From the NCBI RefSeq assembly GCF_009914755.1, contig NC_060925.1: a stretch of DNA of 64,000 nt. One strand, written 5' to 3'. Positions 58,359 through 64,000 of the stretch are shown in pieces (positions within the stretch are counted from its first letter, which is position 1; each line of letters starts with the position of its first letter). This DNA is from the human T2T-CHM13v2.0 reference genome, Homo sapiens. The notes below the pieces were generated by a model. It ran no database searches and was not told where the DNA came from. It saw only the letters and a program-made list of their open reading frames with translations. The translations under genes were made by a program, and so were the position numbers.

Positions 58359-59148
58359 AAGAAAGACTCTTGGAGGAAATTGTATTTGAGTAGAAACCTG
58401 ATGGAAGGACAGGGCCATGTGACTATCTGAGATAAGATTATTCCAGGCTAGGGAATGGGAGTAGGTTCTAGCATCCTAAGATGGAAATAAGCTTAGCTTA
58501 TTATAATATTGTCCTGAGGATTCATGTCATCATCATTGGCAGGCAGCCAGTGCTCCTGAAACATTCAAATATTACCTTTCCACTACACACATGTACATCC
58601 TAAATCTCCTAATATTTTACTTGTTTTTCTCTATGCCTACAATATATTCAGGGAATAGATAGATATAATACTCCCATAATTTCATGTTTCAAATACCATC
58701 TTTAATTTTTGGCAGTTTTATCTATGGTAGAAATCTAATTATAAGTCTTGATCTTCCTTCCTACTTTTCTTTAGAATTAATCTAAATGACAGTTCTCTAA
58801 CAAAGTGGTAGAAAGTGAAAAATGAGAAGAAAGGGTGTTGCTTTAAGTTTATTATTTGTACTTTAGAAACTGGCTTTCGTCTCAACTTCCAGAAACTTAA
58901 ATGACAATGTGTTTTTACTGTTAAATCAATTTAGCAGACTTAAGAATTTAGTTTTGATAAGCTGGGAATCTATTTAAAGCTCATAAATCTAAATGTATTT
59001 ATTCTTGGAGAAAAAAATTAAGAGCGGCTTTTAGTATCTAATGGCAAATCTTTGGCGTACCTAAAAAATCAACAAAGCCATTTGGAAAAAAGATATCTAT
59101 ACATAAGATATTTTTGATTGACTGAGGACAAATGATTAAAATATGTAG

Positions 59149-59469
<321 letters not shown>

Positions 59470-60254
59470 AATTAATGTTCTTAAAAAACATGTGGGCTAA
59501 AAGAATGAAAAAAGGAAAGTCTCAGTAAGTCCTGTAAAAAATATTTGGAAAAATCACCGGAGACATGTAGCTCATATTCAGTGCCGTTGGAGTCATCCCT
59601 TCATGTGCAATGTTAGGGTTCTTAGTAACATAATAAATTAGATATTGTTGTATTTAGGTCAAAATAGCAAACATAATGATTTATGTAGCTAACATTCCTT
59701 TTTGGAGAGTAGATCAGAAGCTAAGCTTAAAAATCTCAGCATTTTAGTCATTAAGAAAATGTATGTGTTTAAAGAAACACATTTGTCTTTTAAATGACTG
59801 GTTCAAAATAACCTAAATATCATTATCACTCAGACTTTGTTTCCTATTATATTGTGTGTATTAAGGCTCCTTGAAGGCAGCTTTCTGCAGGGAGGAAGAA
59901 TACAAACTTCATCAAGCACTAGTCAGAATTTCTTAGTCATTTTGAAGAGAAGAAACCTTGTAAAACAGAAATGTTCTAGACTGCAAAGCACTAGCACTAC
60001 TGAGAGTTTGGTTACTGGACTATCACCCAGCAGTATGGTCATTAATCTCACTCCAGTAGTTTTGAAACAGTCGGTGACAGCGTCCAAGATATTCTGTTTT
60101 GCCATTCCCTGAAATTATCAGGAGCTCATTTTATATTTCTGAGTACAAGAAGCTAACTGCATAATGGTATTAAAAGCTCACCATTAAAAGTTCCACAGTT
60201 AGGGGCCATGGTTTTTATCTATATTTCTATTGATTTGTAAGCAATGTTGAGAAA

Positions 60255-60520
60255 CAGTACAGTGCAGTAATGAAGAGAGACTCTGGAGCCAAATCCTGGC
60301 ACTACTAGATGGACAAGTTAACTTCTCTTTGTCTTAGCTTCCTCATCCAAAAAGTGAGGATAATGACTGAAACAACATCAAGGGCTATTTTGAAATATAA
60401 ACGAGTTAAGTTGTAAATGAGTTATTTTGAAATATAAATAAGTTAATATAAATGAGTTATAATGTGAAGGCTTAGACTAGTGTCTTATATACTGTAAGCC
60501 TTCTATGAACGTTACTACTA
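60255..60520 (+). mobile_element. MIR SINE with an internal duplication
   Basis: gactctggagcc...cttagcttcctcatcc; tattttgaaatataaa repeated twice. Confidence 0.75.
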
Positions 60521-60522
60521 TC

Positions 60523-61008
60523 TGTGGTAGACTGAAAAAATATCTTCCAAAGACATCAAATCCTAATCCTTGGAACCTTTGAACATTACTTTATATGCAA
60601 AAGATAAGATTAAGGGTTTTGAGATGGAGAGAATATCTTGGATTATCAAGATGAGACCTAAATTCACTCAAATGTGTCCTTAAAAAGAGAGGCAGAGGGA
60701 GAGTTCACATAGACAGACGAGGAGAAGTCAAACATAGAAGAAGAGAAGGCAATGTGACCATTGAGGCAGAGATTGGAGAGAGAGGGCCACAACTCAAGGT
60801 ATACCAGCAGCCACCAGAAGGTGGAAGAGGGAAGGAATGCACTTTCTTCAGATCCTCCAGAAGGAGCTTGACCCAGCAACATCTCAATTTCAGCTCAGTG
60901 AAACTGATTTCAGACTTCTGGCCTCTAGAAAGGCAAGAGAACACATTGCTGTTGTTTAAAGCCACCAAGTTTGTGATAATTTGTTACGGCAGCCATAGAA
61001 AACTATTC
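60523..61008 (+). mobile_element. MLT1C/D solo LTR
   Basis: tgtggtagactgaa...ttaaagccaccaagtttgtgataatttgttacggcagccatagaaaacta. Confidence 0.9.
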
Positions 61009-61159
61009 ATAATTAAGAATATAGTAAATTAAATTGTTTGTACAACCCTTCACCTCTCCTTGTATCCATGATTTTTGCTGTGTGACTTTGCAGTTTTCCC
61101 CACTAGAAGCAGAAGATACATCTCCATCCTATTGACATGACTTGTATTGCCAATAAAAT

Positions 61160-61265
61160 GCTGAGGCGGGAGAATCACTTGAACCCAGGAGTTCAAGGTT
61201 GCAGTGAGCTAAGATTGCACTACCCTGGATGACAGAGCAAGACCCTGTCTCTAAAAAACAAACAA
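61160..61265 (+). mobile_element. Alu monomer fragment (AluJ right arm or FRAM)
   Basis: gctgaggcgggagaatcacttgaacccaggagttcaaggttgcagtgagc...gaccctgtctctaaaaaa. Confidence 0.85.
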
Positions 61266-61392
61266 GCAATTAAAAAGAGTAAAGGAGACAGTATATCAGT
61301 CAGCTCCAAGCCTAGAGAAGCATCCCATTTTTTCACTTTCCTCCCTTGCTCTTCTGCTATAACTGTGAGATAGACATGTCTCAGACAGTCCA

Positions 61393-61765
61393 TGTATTAA
61401 TCAGTTTTCACCCTGTTATAAAAAGCTGCCCAAGACTGGGTAATTTATAAAGGAAAGAGGTTGAATTGACTCACAGTTCAGCATGGCTGGGGAGGCCTCA
61501 GGAAACTTACAATCATGGCAGAAGGCGAAGGGGAAGCAAGGAACCTTTTTCACAAGGCAGCAGGAAGGGGAATGAACACAGGAGGAACTATCAAACACTT
61601 ATAAAACTATCAGATCTTGTGAGAACTCACTGACATGAGAACAGTATGGGGGAAACCACCCCCATGATCCAATTACCTCCACCTGCTCTCTCCCTTGACA
61701 TGTGGGAATTAGGGGGTTATAATTCAAGATGAGATTTGGGTGGAGACACAAAACCTAACCATATA
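61393..61765 (-). mobile_element. THE1 solo LTR
   Basis: tgtattaatcagttttcac...acacaaaacctaaccatata; perfect TSD gtcca (61388-61392, 61766-61770). Confidence 0.9.
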
Positions 61766-62055
61766 GTCCACTAATAGCAGAAGTATGTAGGAACACAGGG
61801 CAGATGTGGAGTGACCCAGGACCTACAGCCAAAGTTAGGCAAGACACACATGAGTGAAAATAATGATTTTGAAATCGTTATTTGGCAATAACGGGCTATT
61901 GCAATTATTATTATGGTATTAAATGTAACATATTAAAGACACAAAGATACTGAGGTTTTGCTAATATCTGCCAACCCCCAAGACATCTTACAGTGGGTTA
62001 CAGTGGGGCTATGTCACTCAAATAAAAATGTTATGCATAATCTAAGCCAGCCATG

Positions 62056-62056
<1 letters not shown>

Positions 62057-62088
<32 letters not shown>
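62057..62088. repeat. (CA)16 microsatellite
   Basis: Read directly from the sequence. Confidence 0.95.
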
Positions 62089-62090
<2 letters not shown>

Positions 62091-62290
62091 TAGGATGAAT
62101 AGGAACAAATCCATCCATTGCTATGACTTGGAAAGTGGTGCAAATGGTTTATCAATTGCCAACCTCATTTACCAAAGCCAACTCTGGAGAAAAATTATTA
62201 AATTATTAAATACCAGCATGACAAAATTTCGTGAGAAAGAAGATATGATAACTTCAGATTTTCTTGTTAGAAAGATATTAGTATAGTGGC

Positions 62291-62740
<450 letters not shown>

Positions 62741-62849
62741 GTTAAACATTAAAACAATGCTACCATTCTGCGTTTTCTATATAGTATATTATCCAACTAT
62801 AAGAAAATTCTGTCATCTCTACCTTGAAAATAGTATATACGTAGACTCT

Positions 62850-63210
62850 CAGAGTCAGAATGAATCTTAAAGGTTTGCCTGTCCACCTTCCCATCTCACT
62901 CTTGGATCCCTTCCATAACAGCATTGACTGGTGTTTAACAAGAGTCTCCTTGAATGAAGTTAGTGACGAGAAACACTCTCTCAGCACAGGCCAATCATTC
63001 TGCTCTCAGGTCAATTATAATTTAAAATTCCAAGATGCCTTTTTCCAATTTCTACCCATTTTTTAGTTCTACCTCTGGTAGTCAAAAGAACAAGTTAAAT
63101 CACTCTTTCAACATGACTGTCATTACAATATTTATTATGCCAAACCTTCCCATCTCTCTGCTACTTGTTTTTTTCTCCAGGCTTAAGATCTCCAATTTAT
63201 TTAAGTTATT
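62850..63210 (-). mobile_element. L3/CR1 LINE fragment
   Basis: gatcccttccataacagcattgactgg...ccttgaatgaagttagtgacgagaaacactc resembles the antisense L3 3' end. Confidence 0.5.
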
Positions 63211-64000
63211 TTCCATTTATTTCACACATGTACGTTCTCTTCTCAATAAGACTCTTTTCATCTTGAAGAATGGTTCATATTCTATACTTTCATGTATTCA
63301 TAACAAATGCCTAACCTGATTAAGAGAATAGACATTTCACTATTTACACGTTAATTGTATAAGGCACCATAACAAGCCAGAAAAAGGTCACTGAGGAGCA
63401 AATGTGGATGCTAGGCAGAGGTTGTGGGGGCAAATAAAAGCTTAGTTTTGCTTTAAAACGAATGCAGATGTTTGGTATTTTTTTCATTCTACATGAAGGC
63501 AAGCTGCAGAACAGGATGTTCAGCTACTGAGCATACTAAAACTCATCCTAAAACATCACTTATTCAAATGAATCAAGCTGAAGTCATACTCCTCTGGAAA
63601 ATAAGTTACCATCTTCCTCTTGTCCTCAAACTAACAGAGATATATTCTTATTTGACCTGAATTATGAAAGATCAGTAAGACAAAAGCATCTTGAAAGCTA
63701 TCCTTCCCTAATCTTCAACTAAAGCAGAGTAAAACATCCCATAATTATATAATATGAAGCCCTTCCTTCATAGAGCACAAAAGAATCCCCCAATCCTTAA
63801 AAGATGGTGCTCTATTTCATTTCTAACAGATTTTTCCAGAAGATGGACACAAATCTCTTGGAAAAGAACATAGAAATACAAGTAAATATACTCCTGCTAG
63901 GAATTTCTCTTTGAAATCAAATATTTTGAGATTCATGAACACTAATATAAAGACTTCACTGACTACAGCCAACTTACCTGGACCCTCAATCCACTAGAAT

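Overview
This is AT-rich primate (human-like) non-coding DNA, either intergenic or deep intronic. I find no supportable protein-coding exon, CpG island or intact RNA gene. The ORF-track entries are either chance ORFs or decayed LINE-1 ORF2 fragments. Roughly 1-26 kb and 55-64 kb are unique sequence with scattered MIR, L2, L3, MaLR and Alu copies. 26-46 kb is a nested pile of about 13 elements inside one old near-full-length L1, and 48-55 kb is a MER21/MST/THE1/L1MA block. The most informative features are non-repeat RNAs retroposed by L1: (1) a young-looking ~400 bp poly(A)-tailed unique insertion with a perfect 15-bp target-site duplication (TSD) at 3.6-4.0 kb; (2) a ~900 bp 3'UTR-only retrocopy with a 14-bp TSD inside a MIR at 23.0-23.9 kb; (3) a 41-nt tailless 5S rRNA fragment nested in a twin-primed L1 at 57.6 kb. 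I see no evidence of a new multi-gene system. Repeat subfamily names come from recalled consensus sequences, not from a RepeatMasker run, and boundaries of old elements are approximate.
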